From the NCBI RefSeq assembly GCF_009914755.1, contig NC_060929.1: a stretch of DNA of 64,000 bases; one strand, 5' to 3'. Shown here piece by piece: positions 23,572 to 38,150 of this stretch; the first letter of the stretch is position 1; every line of letters starts with the position of its first letter. Under the pieces are notes generated by a model that saw only the letters and a program-made list of their open reading frames with translations, had not been told where the DNA came from and made no database searches. This DNA is from the human T2T-CHM13v2.0 reference genome, Homo sapiens. The translations under genes were made by a program, and so were the position numbers.

Positions 23572-23932
23572 CCCTCTTTGATTTCTTAACCCTGCCTCAC
23601 CTTTCCATATAGTCCCTTTACCAAACTTTCTTCAGGTACTCCTTTGAATTATCCATTTCCTACCAGGGACCCTGAAACTGACACACTACCTCACTGAGCT
23701 GCTGAGGCAGATCTTTGAGGAGTAGGTGAACAGGAAGCAGGGAGAGAGAAAATGAAACCCCCAATTTGAGATTAAGACTATGATCCCTATTCTATTTTCC
23801 TGGGAGAGAGAATAGCTCATGTATGTGAATTTTAGGTCATTTCTGGAGAAATGGCCTAAAAGGGTTAAGAAAGTAGCCTAAAAAGGATAAGGAAAAGATA
23901 CCATCTGTTGGACCTAGAAGGACATTGTTTTC

Positions 23933-24246
<314 letters not shown>

Positions 24247-24435
24247 TGAAGGACATTGTTTTCAATGCAAATACTTCCCTTTTTCTCCCCTGAAAAAGAA
24301 TGAACAATAAAGGTTTATTGCTGGTTAATCTATTGAGCCTCCCCAAGGGATGAGAACTACTCTGAATACATAAATGTTTAATGAATGAATATGTAAAATA
24401 AATTTGATAAATGAATATTACAATAAGTAACCTAT

Positions 24436-24815
24436 TGATGTAGTTAGGCTTTGTGTCCCCACCCAAATCTCATCTTGAATTGTAATCCCCATAATCCTCA
24501 TGTGTCAAGGGAGAGACCAGGTGGAGGTAATTGAATCCTAGGAGTGGTTCCTCCCATGCTGTTCTCATGATAGTGAATGTGTTCTCATGATACCTGATGG
24601 TTTTATAAGGGGCTGTTTACCCCTTTGCTCAGCACTTCTCCTTCCTGCCACTTTCTGAAAAAGGTGTCTTGCTTCCCCTTCGCCTTCCATCATGATTGTA
24701 AATTTCCTGAGGCCTCCCCAGCCATGCTGAACTGTGAGTCAATTAAACCTCTTGCCTTTATAAATTACCCAGTCTCGGGCAGTTCTTTACAGCAGTATGG
24801 ACATGGAGTAATACA
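24436..24815 (+). mobile_element. THE1 (THE1C/D-like) MaLR solo LTR, 380 bp
   Basis: TG...CA ends; 'tgtgtccccacccaaatctcatcttgaattgta' and 'aactgtgagtcaattaaacctct...taaattacccagtctcggg'; TSD cctat/cttat. Confidence 0.92.
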
Positions 24816-26354
24816 CTTATCATGAGGAAGAAGACAGAGCGATAAAACCTTTCAAAATCTATATTCAACTGTAGTGGACAGCTATTAATTGGCCTTCTGC
24901 TCCAACCGTGTGATTATGATTCCACATTTTCTTGTTTGTATATGAGCTTGCTTTTCTCAATACACTGATTTTTTAAGGGGCGGGCACATCACTGAAATGG
25001 GCCAAGCAGAGTCCTTTCCTGGGATTTTTCCAGCTGAAACTGGAGAAAGAGATCTAGTCCTTCTGGGGTGCTAAAACTGGAACATGTGAGGAACAGGAGT
25101 GAGCATCCATGTGGCCCAGTCAAGACTAACCATGGTGAAAGAGACTAAATTTGACCCATCTTCCAGAAGTGTAAGTGGCATTCAGCTTAATTTACCAATC
25201 AAATAAACATTGACTAAGAACTTTATATATGCCCAGGAGATGACACAACCACAGCTGACAAAAATCCAGTTGGGAAGACAAAATTAAGATACATGAATGA
25301 AGAGAAAAGATATGGTATATAACTAAATGCTACGTGATATGGGTCACATAGTAAGTGCTACACAAATTCTGAAGAGGGAGAAATCACTTTAAGCTGGGAA
25401 GGACAGCTGAATAATTCAGTCTGGCATTTGAAGTATGCATGGGTTTGCTGATGTCAATGAGAGGGAGAAGGGTTCTGGCATTGAGAGAAACAGAGGGAGG
25501 GTGGTAGGAATAGAATTGTGTTTGAGGTGGGAAAGGGTTTTGAGAAGGTGGAGTATAAGTGAATTTGGAGCACATTTCTATTTGCCTGAGAGACAGTTGG
25601 AGAAAAAGAGTTTTGATGCCTAATTTGCCCTTGGCTGTGGCTTGGTTGCCTTGCTTTAGAAACTGGAGGACTCTGTGTAGAGGCAATGGCTCTGACTTTG
25701 AGAGGTGATACGGACTGGAATCCCCAGAAAGGAACCAGAAATATGTCCCCAGTTCAATTTTGCCCTGGTCTGAGAGGAAGCCAGATGATCTGGGAGCTCT
25801 TGGTTCTCTAAACTGTTGCAGCAAGAGGCAAGTCAGCCAGGTGTGGGGTCAGGCTCTTGGTCCTCAGGGCCAGAGTGCTGACCCGAGAGGCCTAGCAGAC
25901 AGACTAACGTGATCACGGACCTCTCCAAATTGTACAGGGAAGATTTGTCTCATATTTGAGCAAAGCAAGAACTGTCATTGGGGAGATGGCTCTCCAATTT
26001 GAGGAACATTAATCACCTAATTAACCAGAACACCTGCTCATAAAAATTGTCCCACCCAGGGAATCAAGTTAAACAAAGCATGAGGATGTGCTGCACAGAC
26101 TTAGCTGTGGCATCTGTATCCTTGGCTGGCCTCCTTGGGCACTGAGGCTCACAATACTCTCCAGCCAGCTGTTGGGCTTGACAGAGGCTTCCAAACACCA
26201 GCCTTGTTTAGCAAGCTGCGATTAGTGAAAAACTCAGAGGACTCCTCTTGCAACTTACCTGGAATTGTGGATGTGAGTGAAAGTGCTGGGCACTATTCTG
26301 AGTGTTTTGCATACATTAAGTCTTGAATACTCACAACAACCAAAGGAAATCTCC

Positions 26355-26730
26355 TATTGTTGCTGAGGCTAGCGTGATGCTCACAGATCTAGTTTCTTCT
26401 TCTGGACACATGGGAAGACTGCTTTTCCCAGCCTCCATTGCAGTTAGGTTGGTGCCATGTGCCTCATTCTGACCAAAGGAGCATGTGGAAAAGTGCTGCA
26501 TACCACTTCCAGACTTGGTCTTAGAAACTTCTTATGTAATCAGTACACAGCTCTCTCTTTGTCTATTAGCTGGACACATAGAGGGGATCCAGGGAAGGAT
26601 CCCAGGGTGTCCTGAGAGAATGGCAGAGACGCAGAAAGAAAGGCACTGGAATCCCTAAATCACCACATAGAAGATGGTGGCCAAACAGTCTGTACCATGA
26701 GAAAAAAACTAAACTTCCCACTGAGATTTG
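26355..26730 (+). mobile_element. Old MLT1-type LTR fragment
   Basis: 'ttttcccagcctccattgcagttaggttggtgccatgtg...accacttccagacttgg'. Confidence 0.55.
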
Positions 26731-26929
26731 AAGGTTTGAACCACCGATGCAATCTTGGCAATTATGTTTCCTCAAATCACACAGGACCAATCTTAGAGAA
26801 AGCTGCTACCTATGAGGTATGATTTCAGAAACTTCAGGAAATTCTTCCATCCCAAAATAATACCTCCTCCTATTGGTTAATCATTGACATGCTTTTAAAT
26901 AGGAACCCTCATTATCTGCTCTTTACTTA

Positions 26930-27350
26930 CCTTAACATTCCTTCAACATATATTTATGGAATACTTTCTAGGTGCCGATAATCCTGTAAGTGTTATGGTG
27001 ATGAAAAAGGAAACATGGTTGCTATTCTCATAGAATGTTTTATGGGAAACAGATGTAAAACAACCAATTACACAAGAAAATTAATACATACTTACAAATT
27101 ATAAAAGTTAGGAAGGGAATGAATAGGGTGATGTAATAAAGATAAATAGAAACTGGCAAAGTTTCAAAAAAAGTAGTCAGGGAAGGAGACTTAAAGTATA
27201 AAAAGAATCTAGCTATGGCGTGTAAGATATGGAAGCGGGCAGGTCATTATTCTAAGAGAGACAATGGCACATGCAAAGGCCTTAAGGTATGACTTCGATA
27301 GCTGGAGAAACATAGGAAAGGCACTGTGGTTAGATCCTAGATAGAGAAGG
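26930..27350 (-). mobile_element. L2 fragment
   Basis: 'cattccttcaacatatatttatggaatact...' and 'ggcacatgcaaaggcctta'. Confidence 0.6.
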
Positions 27351-27469
27351 AGATCTGTTCTGGGAAGGTTGGAATTATTTCTCCTTCACTACTGCATTGA
27401 CCCCAGTATATGTGAAGTACTCCAGTGAGTGACATTCCTCCTTTCATTTGTGTATAAGAAGAGAAGTCT

Positions 27470-27772
<303 letters not shown>

Positions 27773-28209
27773 AAGAAGAGAAGCCTAAACTTTGGGATGA
27801 ATCTGACTTGACATAGAGTCTATTGCAGTTTTAGTAGTATTTGAATACAGGGGGCTGAACAAAGGCAATCTACTTAGAGGATTGCTATGAAAGCTATCTT
27901 GTATAGGCAGCATGATATTTTCCCACAACTTTTAAGCTTTTTAGTGTGGCTCAGGGCGAGGGGTTGGAGTTGATGAAGACCACTGGGGTAGGAGGTTAAA
28001 GCCCCTCTAGCCCTTGGAGCTGCCATCTCATTGAAGGCATGGACATTTCTATAAAATATTTTATTGTATACATTTCCATTTCCAAAGTTTAGCTAATGAC
28101 ACCATCATCTACCAAGATGGCTAGACCAAAAACTTAAAATGTCATCTTTAGCTCTTCCCTTTTTTCCTCTTAACCTATCCCACATTCATCAGCTCACCAA
28201 GACCTATTG

Positions 28210-28643
28210 TTTTTTTATTATTATTATTTTACTTTAAGTTCTAGGGTACATGTGCACAACGTGCAGGTTTGTTACATATGTATACATGTGCCGTGTTGGT
28301 TTGCTGCACCTGTTAACTCGTCATTTACATTAGGTATTTCTCCTAATGCTATCCCTTCCCCATCCCCCACCCCATGACAGACCCCAGGGTGTGATGTTCC
28401 CTGCCCTGTGTCCAAGTTTTCTCATTGTTCATTTCCCACCTATGAGTGAGAACATGCAGTGTTTGGTTTTCTGTTCTTCCGATAGTTTGCTCAGAATGAT
28501 GGTTTCCAGCTTCATCCATGTCCCTACAAAGGACATGAACTCATCCTTTTTTATGGCTGCAGAGTATTCCATGGTGTATATGTGCCACATTTTCTTAATC
28601 CAGTCTATCATTGATGGACATTTGGGTTGGTTCCAAGTCTTTG
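28210..28643 (-). mobile_element. L1PA 3' end (5'-truncated primate L1)
   Basis: 'tttaagttctagggtacatgtgcacaacgtgcagg'; ORF 28429-28650 resembles the L1 ORF2 C-terminus and 3' region (KTWNQPKCPSMIDWIKKMWHIYTMEY). Confidence 0.95.
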
Positions 28644-29299
28644 ACTTCATATGTGGTAAGATCCACCCCTCCGCTCCATACCTGTCACCTGGGCCCCTTA
28701 ACTGGCTTCCCTGCCCAACTCCTGTCCAGTCATATTTTCCAGAGCCTCTGAGGGCTTTCCATTACTTAAAGTCTGAGAAACACACATGGTAAGGAAGGAT
28801 CTTTGTCAAGTGTTCTCTTCCCTGTCTTTATCTCCTGCTTCATTCTTCACTAATTCCTATTCCCGCCTTAGGCTGAGCTATGGAGACTCAACGTTTCCTG
28901 AAAGTATTGATGGGTTGATGGTTCACCTGTGAACTTCCCCCATGTTCTTCTCTCTTTTATGGATGCCCTTGCCCACCTCCTCCCTCTGATCACAGTGTCC
29001 TGGTCCTTCCCCCTGCGGCCCATACATCAACACATGTGTGAAGCATTTTATACTTTCCTCCCTATTAACTCCTCTACCATATTAGAGACTTCTTCATTTG
29101 ACCTGTGGCTATATAAACCTCTATCATTACATTCCTTCCATTAATGTAATCATCTCCTTACCCATCTTCCTCCTTCCCCAGTTAGACTGTGAGTCTCTTG
29201 AGTCTCTTGAGAAATGTGAGTCTCTGTGAGTCTCTTGAGAAATGAGATGTGATTTGCCAAACTCTTCATGAGACTTGTCCATCCTCACTGGGTCCGATA

Positions 29300-29690
29300 C
29301 TTCTCTTCTCATTCTTTCTTGAACCCACTCCTTCCAGAATTTCTCCTTAACACTTTACTGAAACTGTTCTTTTCAATGACCTCCCCATCCTTCTAGTTAA
29401 CTGGGCCAAAATTCTTGGAATTACCCCTCATTTTTCCATTCCTCTCTTACTCAACGTCCAAAAAAATCAGCAAATCCTGTTTATTTTTTCTTCAAGTCCA
29501 TAATCCAACCATTTATTTTCATATCTGCCATTACCACAAGTGACTGTCATTCCTGGACTGGATTATAGTAATAAACTCCTAACTCCTGCCGCCATCATTT
29601 CCTACCTTCTGTAGTCAACTTTTAACCCAGCAGTCCTGTCATGTTAATATATATGTCAGATCATGTCATTCCTCTGATCCAAAGCTTCCA
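29300..29690 (+). mobile_element. L2 fragment
   Basis: 'tgtcagatcatgtcattcctctgatccaaagcttccaatg' and 'ctggattatagtaataaactcctaact'. Confidence 0.6.
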
Positions 29691-29699
29691 ATGCAGATT

Positions 29700-32600
29700 T
29701 CTGCTTCTAGCTGTGATGGCAAAATGGAACTGGATTTATTCTTCCACCTTACACGAGAAGAAAAACGGACAAACTATACAGAAAAAAAATGTTTTTTTTT
29801 TTCAAACGCTGGAAAATTGGAAGTGCATTACTGAGCTCTCTAACATGACAAATTAGGTGAGTTATATGATGATAATAGCTTATTGTCTAGAAATAATTTC
29901 CAGGATGCAGTGCAGGGAGGATTCAGCATTCTGTCTTAGTTGAGCAGACAGAGATCATAGGGTCCAATGTGTCTAGAACTGTAAGACGGCATACCTGAAA
30001 GGTGGGAGCTGAGCAGTAGGAGGGTTCCAGAGATCTCCAGCGAGGTTCCCTTGAGTGTTTGCTGAATATTTGTGAGGGAAACCCTATAAGCCTGGGAAGA
30101 AAAGACACTTAAGATCAGTAGCCTGAATAATTCCCAGAATTCACACATGACTGATAATAGTTCGTGTTTTCACCAGCCATAGTGAGAAACCCTTGTAATA
30201 TTTAGGGCATTGGGTAAAAGCCTCAGAAGAGTATTGCCTTGTAGTGGAGTTAAAGGCACCTTGGACCCATCCTAAAAAAAGGTTTAAAAACAAGCCTTGA
30301 CAGGATGCAATTGATTTCATGTAACTTAACTGTGAGATGGAACAAAACTCTATACTCCTATTTAAAGAAATATAGCAAGATCATCCAACAATTTAAATTT
30401 CACAATGACTGACATCCAATCAAAATTATCAGGAATACAAGGCAGCCTGAAAATATAACTTATAAAAATGAAAAAAATAGAAACAGACTTGGATATTGTA
30501 AAGATGACATTATTAACAGACAAGGATGTTAAAGCAGCGATTATAAATATTCTTCATAAATTTAGAAGGTAAGAAAAAGTGGAAGATACAAAAGAGAACC
30601 AAATGAATCCTGTAAAAGCTAACACATGGATGAACTTTGAGGACATAATACTAAGTAAAATAAGCTAGTCACAGAAGGACAAATCCTGCATGAGTCCATT
30701 TATATTAAGAATCTAAAGTCATCAAACTCATAAAGGCTAAAAGTAGAATAGTGGTTGCCAGTGACATAGGGTAGAGAGAACTCAGTGAGGGGAATTGTTG
30801 TTCAATGGATGTAGAGTTTCAGTAGCACAAGATGAAAAAGTTCTAGAGATCTGCCATACACCAATAGGCATATAGTTAACAATACTGTACTGTACACTTA
30901 AATGTTTGTGAAGACAGTAGATTTCATGCTATGTGTTTCTATTATCACAATAAAAAATTGTCAAATGGAACTTCTAGAGATGTAAAATACAATACAGGAA
31001 AATAAATTACACTGGATAGAATTTACAGCAGGTGAAATCCAGCGAAAAGTCTTGAATTCAGGATTTAGTTTAAAAAAAAAAAAACTCCAAAACCCCTCTT
31101 GCAACTTAATTATAAAAGACCAACAGACAAATTAAAAATTGACAAAAGGTTTGAAGAGACACTTTAGCAAAGAAGAGATACGAAGAGTTACAAATAATGA
31201 ATAGATAGAAAGATGCTCAAAATTATTAGTCATTAGGGAAATGCAAGTTGAAATCACAATCAGATGCCACTCCATAACCTCTAGAAGGACCAGCATCAAA
31301 AAGACTGAAGTTTGGGTAAAACAGGAACATCATTTATTGATAGTAGAATGAAAATGGTACTACTACTTTGAAAAACAGTTTCAATTACAATATGGCACGT
31401 TAAACATACACTTACATAACTCAGCATTTCACTCTAAGTCCTTACCAAAAAGTATATATTTATGTATGTCTACAAAAATATATATACATATGTCCACACA
31501 AAGATTTATACATGAATGTTTAGAGTAGCATTAGTTATATATGAATGTTTATAGTAGCATTATTTATAATAGCCAAAAATTGGAAAACTTCTATGTGTCT
31601 ATCAACTGATGACTGGATGAAAAACTAAAAATGATATATTCATGCAAAGGAAAACTACTCATCAATTAAAAGGGATAAACTCTTGATACGTGGAATGACA
31701 TGGCTGAAACTCAAAAGCACGATGTTACATGAAAGAAGCCAGACACAAAGACAAGACTACAGGCCATAGAATTCCATTTATTTGAAATGTAAAGAAAAGG
31801 CAAAACTATGGAGACAGAGAGCAGATCAGTGGTTGCCTGAGGCCAAGGGGATGGTGGGACAGATAGTGGAAACTGCTAACAGGCATGAGTGCACTCTTTG
31901 GGGCAACACAAGTGTTCTAAGGCTAGATTGTGGTGATAGTCACACAACTATAAAAATTTCCCAAAACTCATCAAACTCATCTTAAAATGAGTGACTTGTG
32001 TTACATGTAAATTGTACCTCACAATAAAGGTGTTTAAAAAGATAACTGTTTAAAGTAAAGTAATAATGTACCAAGGGGGTTATAATAGGTGTTCAAGTAT
32101 ATGAAAAGAACAGCACAAAGAATGGGAGAACAGTAATGGAAGTATACTGTATACTGTTGTAAGGTTCTTATGCTGTAGGTAAAATGGTATGATATTATTT
32201 GAAAGTAGACTATGGTTAGTTAAAGACATATGTGGTAAACCCTATGGAAACCACCCCCCAAAAAAAATAAAATAAAATAAAACAAGGACATATAGTTAAA
32301 GCCAATAGGGGAAATAAGATGAAAACATTAAAAATTCTCAATATACCTAAAACAAGGTAAGAAAATAAGGAAAATAGTAAGGACAAACAGATAGGACAAA
32401 TAGAAAACAAATAGTGAGATGGTAGATTAAAACCCATATATAGCAATAATTACATTAAACGTAAATTATCTATACAATCTAATCTAAAGCCAGAGATTTG
32501 TCAGATTGGATAAAAAAGCAAAATTCAACTGCATGGTATCTATAGAAAATCCACTTTAAAAATAAAGACACATATAGGTTAGAAGTAAAAGGATGGAAAA

Positions 32601-35600
32601 GAATACAGCATGTAAACACTAGTCAAAGAAAACTAGAGTGGCAAATATTAGACAAGTAGATTTAAAAATAAGCACCATTCCTATGGATAAAGAAGGATAT
32701 TTCATAATGATAAAGGAGTCGATTCATCAAGAGGACACACAAATCCTAAATGAGTATGCATCCAACAACAGAGCTTCAAAACACATAAAAACACATAAAA
32801 AGAGAAATTAGTAGAACAAAAAGGACAAATAGACATATTCAGAATTATAGTTGGAGATGTTAACACTCCTATTGCAGTAATTATTGGAACAAGTAGACAT
32901 GAAATCGGTAAGAATCTATATGAGAGACTTGCAAAACACTAGCAATCAAATAAGCCTAACTGACATTTGGAGAACTTTCTACCCAGCAACAGAAGAATAG
33001 ACATTATTTTCAAGTCTACTTGGAAGATCCAGATAAATAATAGTCTGAAGCACAGGACAAGTTTCAATAAATTTAAAAAGAGTGAAATTATATAAAAATG
33101 TTCCCTGACCAAAACAGAATTGAACTAGAAATCAAAAACACACAGATATGTGGAAAATCACCAAAAATTTTGAAAATTAAATCATATTCTTCTAAATAAA
33201 TCATGGTCAAAGGAGAAATCACAAGAGAGATTAGAAAATATTTTGAATGGAATGAAAATTAAAATATAATATTTTAACATTCGTGGACTGAAGCTAAGAT
33301 AGTATTTAGAGGGAACATTAAGGCATTAAATGTTTATATTAGAAAAGAAGGAAGGTTTAAAATCAATAACCTAAGCTTCCACATTCAGAAACCAGATAAA
33401 GAAGAGAATGTTAAATCCAAAGTAAACAAAGTAAGGAAAGAATAAAGAGCAGAAATCACTAAAATTGAAACAGAAATGCAATGGTTTTGAAAAGCAATGA
33501 AATCCAAATTGGCTCTTTGAAAAGATAAATGAAAAAAAATTAAATTCTAGCCAGAGTAGTTGTGGAAAAAAAGAGACAATTATCAATATCAGGAACAAAA
33601 TAGGGACTATTACTACATAGCCAACTAACATTAAAAGACTAATAAGAGAATATGATGGAAGGTTTTATGGCAAACATTAGATGGAACGGAGAAATTCCTC
33701 AGAGGACACAAAATACAAAAACTCACTCAAGAAGAAATAAATAACTAGCCCTGTATCTATTAAATAAATTGAATTTTTAGTTTAAAAACCTTCCCACAAA
33801 GAGAATCCAAGCCTAGATGGTTTCACTGGCAAATAGAATTAATTTTACACAAACTCTTCCAGAAAACAGAAAAGGAGAGAGCACCTTTCAACTTATTAAA
33901 AGAGGTCAGAATTACCCTGATATCAAAACCAGACAAAGACATCATAAAAGTAAGAATTATATACCCATGTCCCTCATAAAATTAACTCAGAAAACTTTAC
34001 CAAAAATGTTAGAAGGTGGAATGCAGTAATAAATAAAAGAGATGATATATCATCATCAAATGTCATTTATCCCAGGTGTGAAAAGTTGATTCAACATTTG
34101 AAAACTAATCAATATCACTTAGTTCATTTAAAGACTAAAAAAAAATAAAAAGCATACTATCATCTCAATAGGTGCGAAAAAAGCATTTGACAACATTTCA
34201 CATGTATTCATGATAAAAATTCTCGGAAAGCTAAAGGAAAAGGGAAGCATCCTGAAACTGAATAAAGAATATCTATAGAACACCCTGCAGCTAATGTACA
34301 TAATAATGCAAGAATGATGGCTTCCCTCCTAAAATCAGAAATAAAGGCAAGAATGTCTAATTTCACCACTCATTTTCAACACATACTTCAGGTTCTACCC
34401 AGTGTAATAATATGAGAAAAAGTAAAAAGACATACAGATTTGAAAGGAAGACATAAATCTCTATTTACAAACAACACAGTTATCTGCATAGGAAATCCCA
34501 AAGAATCTGCTAGGTGACAGCTATACAAAAAGAATGAAAGCATGTATTTTCTGCAGTGACAAGGATGGAACTGGAGACCATTATCTTAAAGAAACAACTC
34601 AGAAACAGAAAGTTAAATACTGCATGTTCTCACTTACGGGTGGAAGCTAAATAATGAGTACTTGTGGACATAGAGTATGAAATAGTAGGCACTGGAGACT
34701 CAGAAGGGTCCAGGGTGCAAGCAGGAAGAGGGATGAGATATTAATGGGTACATTGTTCAAGTAATGGTTATACTATAAGCCCAGACTTCACCACTATACA
34801 ATATCTCCATGTAACAAAACGGCTCTTGTGCTCATTAAAATTATCCAAATAAAACTTTTTGAAAAGATTCTACTAATTGAGTTTAGTAAAGTTGTCGTAT
34901 ATAAGAAGATACGGTCAATGTATGAAAATAAATTGCCGTCTTAGATATTGGGAGTGAATAACTGGAAATCGAAATTACAAAACAATATCATTTACAATAG
35001 CATTAAAGGACATGAAATATTTAGGGGAAAACTAAATATGTGCAAGATTTGATGCTGAATATGACAAAATTTTGATGAAACTAAAATGAGCTTATAAAAT
35101 GATTGATGTAACTGTGCTCATGGATTGGAAGACTCTATGTTGTTAAGATGTCAGTTTTCTCAAATTGCTCTATATGTTCAATGCCATTCCAATCAATATC
35201 CCAACATAATATTTCTTTTTGGAGATTGACAGAGTATTCTAAAATTTATATAGAAGAACAAAAGACCCAAAAGAACTAAAATAGGTAATTGTGAATAAGA
35301 AGAACAGAGTTAGAGGATTCACATTACCTGGTTTTAAGACTTATCATAAAGCTATAGTAATCAAGAGAGTGTGGTATTGGGTAAAAGAGAGACACAGAGA
35401 TTGAGAGAATAAAGCCAATATAACAGCAGCCTACAGATTGGGAAAAGTATTTACAAACTATGTATCTGGTAATGGGTTAATATTTAAAATTTATAAAGAA
35501 CATATACAACTCAATAGTAGAAAAACAAATAATCCAATTAAAAATAGGCAAAGGACCTGAACAGACATTTTTCCAGAGAAGACATAAAAATGGTTAACAT

Positions 35601-38150
35601 GGATATAAAAAAAGTGATCAATATTATTAATCTTCAAGAAAATGCAAATGAAAACCCTGTAAGGTACCACCTGACACCCATTAGGATGGCTATTATCAAA
35701 AAGTCAAATGATAACAAATACTGGCAAGAAAATGTGGAGAAAAGGGAACCCTTGTACACTTTTGGTGGGACTGTTGAGTGGTACAGCTATTATGGAAAAC
35801 AGTAAAGAGACTTCTACAGAAATTAAAAATATAACCACCACATAACCTAGTAATTCCTCTTCTGGGCATATCCCCAAAGCAAATGAAATCACCATCTCAT
35901 AAAGATACCTGCACTCCCATGTTCATTGCGCATTATTCAAACAGTCAAAATGTGGAAACAACCCAAGTGTTCATCAATGAATGGATTAAAAAAATGTGGT
36001 ATATATAGACACCATGGAATATTACTCAGCCTTAGATAAGGAGATCTTGCCATTTGCCACAACAAGGATGAATCTGAAAGATATAACGCTAAGTGAAATA
36101 AGCCAGACACAGAAAGAAAAATCCTGCATGATCTCACTCATATGTGGAATCTGAAAAATAAAAGAAAAGAGTCAAATATACAGAGATAAGACAGTTGTTA
36201 CTAGGGGCAGGGTTGGAGGGAGGAAGCAGGAAGAAGTAGGTCAGAGAATGCAAAGTAGTAGATATGTAAGTTGAACAAGTCTAGAGATTTATATCCAACA
36301 TGAAAACTATAGGTAATAAAATAAAATTGTGCTATATGTGGGATTCCTGCCAAATGAGTAGATTTTAACTGTATTGCCCCAAAAATAACAACAAAAAAGG
36401 GTAACTATGTGAGATGATGAATTATTAATTTGCTTCACTAGAGTAACCATTTTACTATCTGTATGCATCCCATAACATCACGTTATACACCTAAAATATA
36501 TATGATAAATTTCATTTTTAAAAATGATAAAAAATTTTAAAAAGTAAAAGAATAGAATCAAGAGTTCAGAAATAAACACATATATATATGTTCCATTCCA
36601 ACCAAAATGCCAATGTAGTTTAAGGAATACAAATCTTTTCGGCAGTGGATGCTGGAACAATTAGCTATCTATAGGCTGAAGAACTAACCTTGGCCCTTTT
36701 TTTCTGCACCATATGCAAACATTCACTTGAAATGGTATATATATATGTGCTAAATGTATAAAAACTTCTAGAAGAAGACACAGAAAATCTTTTCAAGCTT
36801 GAGTTAGGCAAAGATTTTAAAAATAAGATACAGAAAGCACAAATCAAAGCAGAAGAAAATAATAAACTGGAGTTAATCAAAATTTAAAACATCTGTTCTT
36901 TGAAAGATATTACAAAAATAAGAAGACAAATTACAGTCCAAGAGAAAATATTTGCAAAACATTTATCTGACAAGGGGTTTGTGTCCATAACATATAAAGA
37001 ACTCTCAAAAATCAGTAAGACAAGCAACTCAATAAAAAGAATGGGTAAAAGCTTGAATAGACACTTCATCAAAGAAGAAATATAGATGGCAAATAAACAC
37101 ATAAAAAGAAATTAAACATCATTAATCATCAGGGAAATGCAAATTAAAACTACAATGAGATACCACCACATACCCTTTAGAATGGCTAAAATTTTAAAAG
37201 TGCTGTTGAAGATGTAGAGCAACTGGAAACTTCCTACACATTACTGATGGGAATGCAAAGTGATAACATCTTTGGCAGTTTCTAGTAAAGTTATGCATTC
37301 AGCTACTATATGACCCAGAAACCCCACTCCTAATATTTTAACCATGAAAAATCAAAACCGTATGTCCACAGAAGACCTGAATAGAGCTGCTTATGGAAGT
37401 TTTATTTATAATAATTAAATGATAGAAAAACTCAGGCTGGGCGCGGTGGCTCACACCTGTAATCCCAGCACTTTGGGAGGCCGAGGCAGGCGGATCACGA
37501 GGTCAGGAGTTCAAGACCAGGACCAGCCTGGCTAACATGGAGAATCCCCGTCTCTACTAAAAATACACAAATTAGCTGGGCATGGTGGCAGGTGCCTGTA
37601 AACCCAGCTACTCAGGAGGCTGAGGCAGGAGAATCTTTTGAAAATGGGAGGCAGAAATTGCATGAGCCAAGATCATGCCATTGCACTCCAGCCTAGGCGA
37701 CAGGGAGAGATTCCTTCTCAAAAAAAAAAGAAACAACTCAAATGGTCATCAGTTGGTGAGTGGACAGCCAATTTGTGGTACATGAATTTAATGGAACATA
37801 ACTTAGCAGTAAACATAAAGCATTGATACAGGCAACAACATAGATGAATCTGAAAAACATTCTGTTAGTGAAAGAAGGCACAAAAGTTACAAATTCTCTT
37901 ACATTTATATTGCATTCTGAAAAGGCAAAAAGCAGACCCAAAACTAGATTTTTGCTTGCTAGAGAGTGGTGGAGAGGAGAGATAATAGGCTATAAAAAGA
38001 CATAAGGACATTTGCGTGATGGAAATGTTCTATAGCTTAGTTATGATTTTAATTACACAACTGTATACACTTTTCAAAACTCATCACAGTATACTCTTAA
38101 AAAGGACACATTTTCCCATCTGTAAATATTTCAATCAACCTTACAAAAAC
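29700..38150 (+). mobile_element. Mosaic of old L1M elements (5' region, decayed ORF2, several nested L1MA/MB/MC-type 3' ends)
   Basis: A-rich plus strand with decayed ORF2 motifs (IIVGDVNTP-like ~32845, YHLTPIRMAIIKK ~35665, EKIFAKHLSDKG ~36945) and multiple 3'UTR ends (~30957, ~32040, ~34860, ~36530, ~38150). Confidence 0.9.
37435..37729 (+). mobile_element. AluS-type (Sg-like) SINE inserted in L1
   Basis: Full dimer, 'ggcggatcacgaggtcaggagttc'; TSD agaaaaactca / agaaacaactca. Confidence 0.94.

Noticed and set aside
29187-29250. Patchwork of GAGTCTCTT / GAGAAATG micro-repeats
   Set aside because: Local slippage at an L2-like end; no evidence of function.
31512-31570. Short tandem micro-duplications (also near 13900, 32780, 37515 and 39740)
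   Set aside because: Ordinary replication-slippage events, mostly within decayed repeats.
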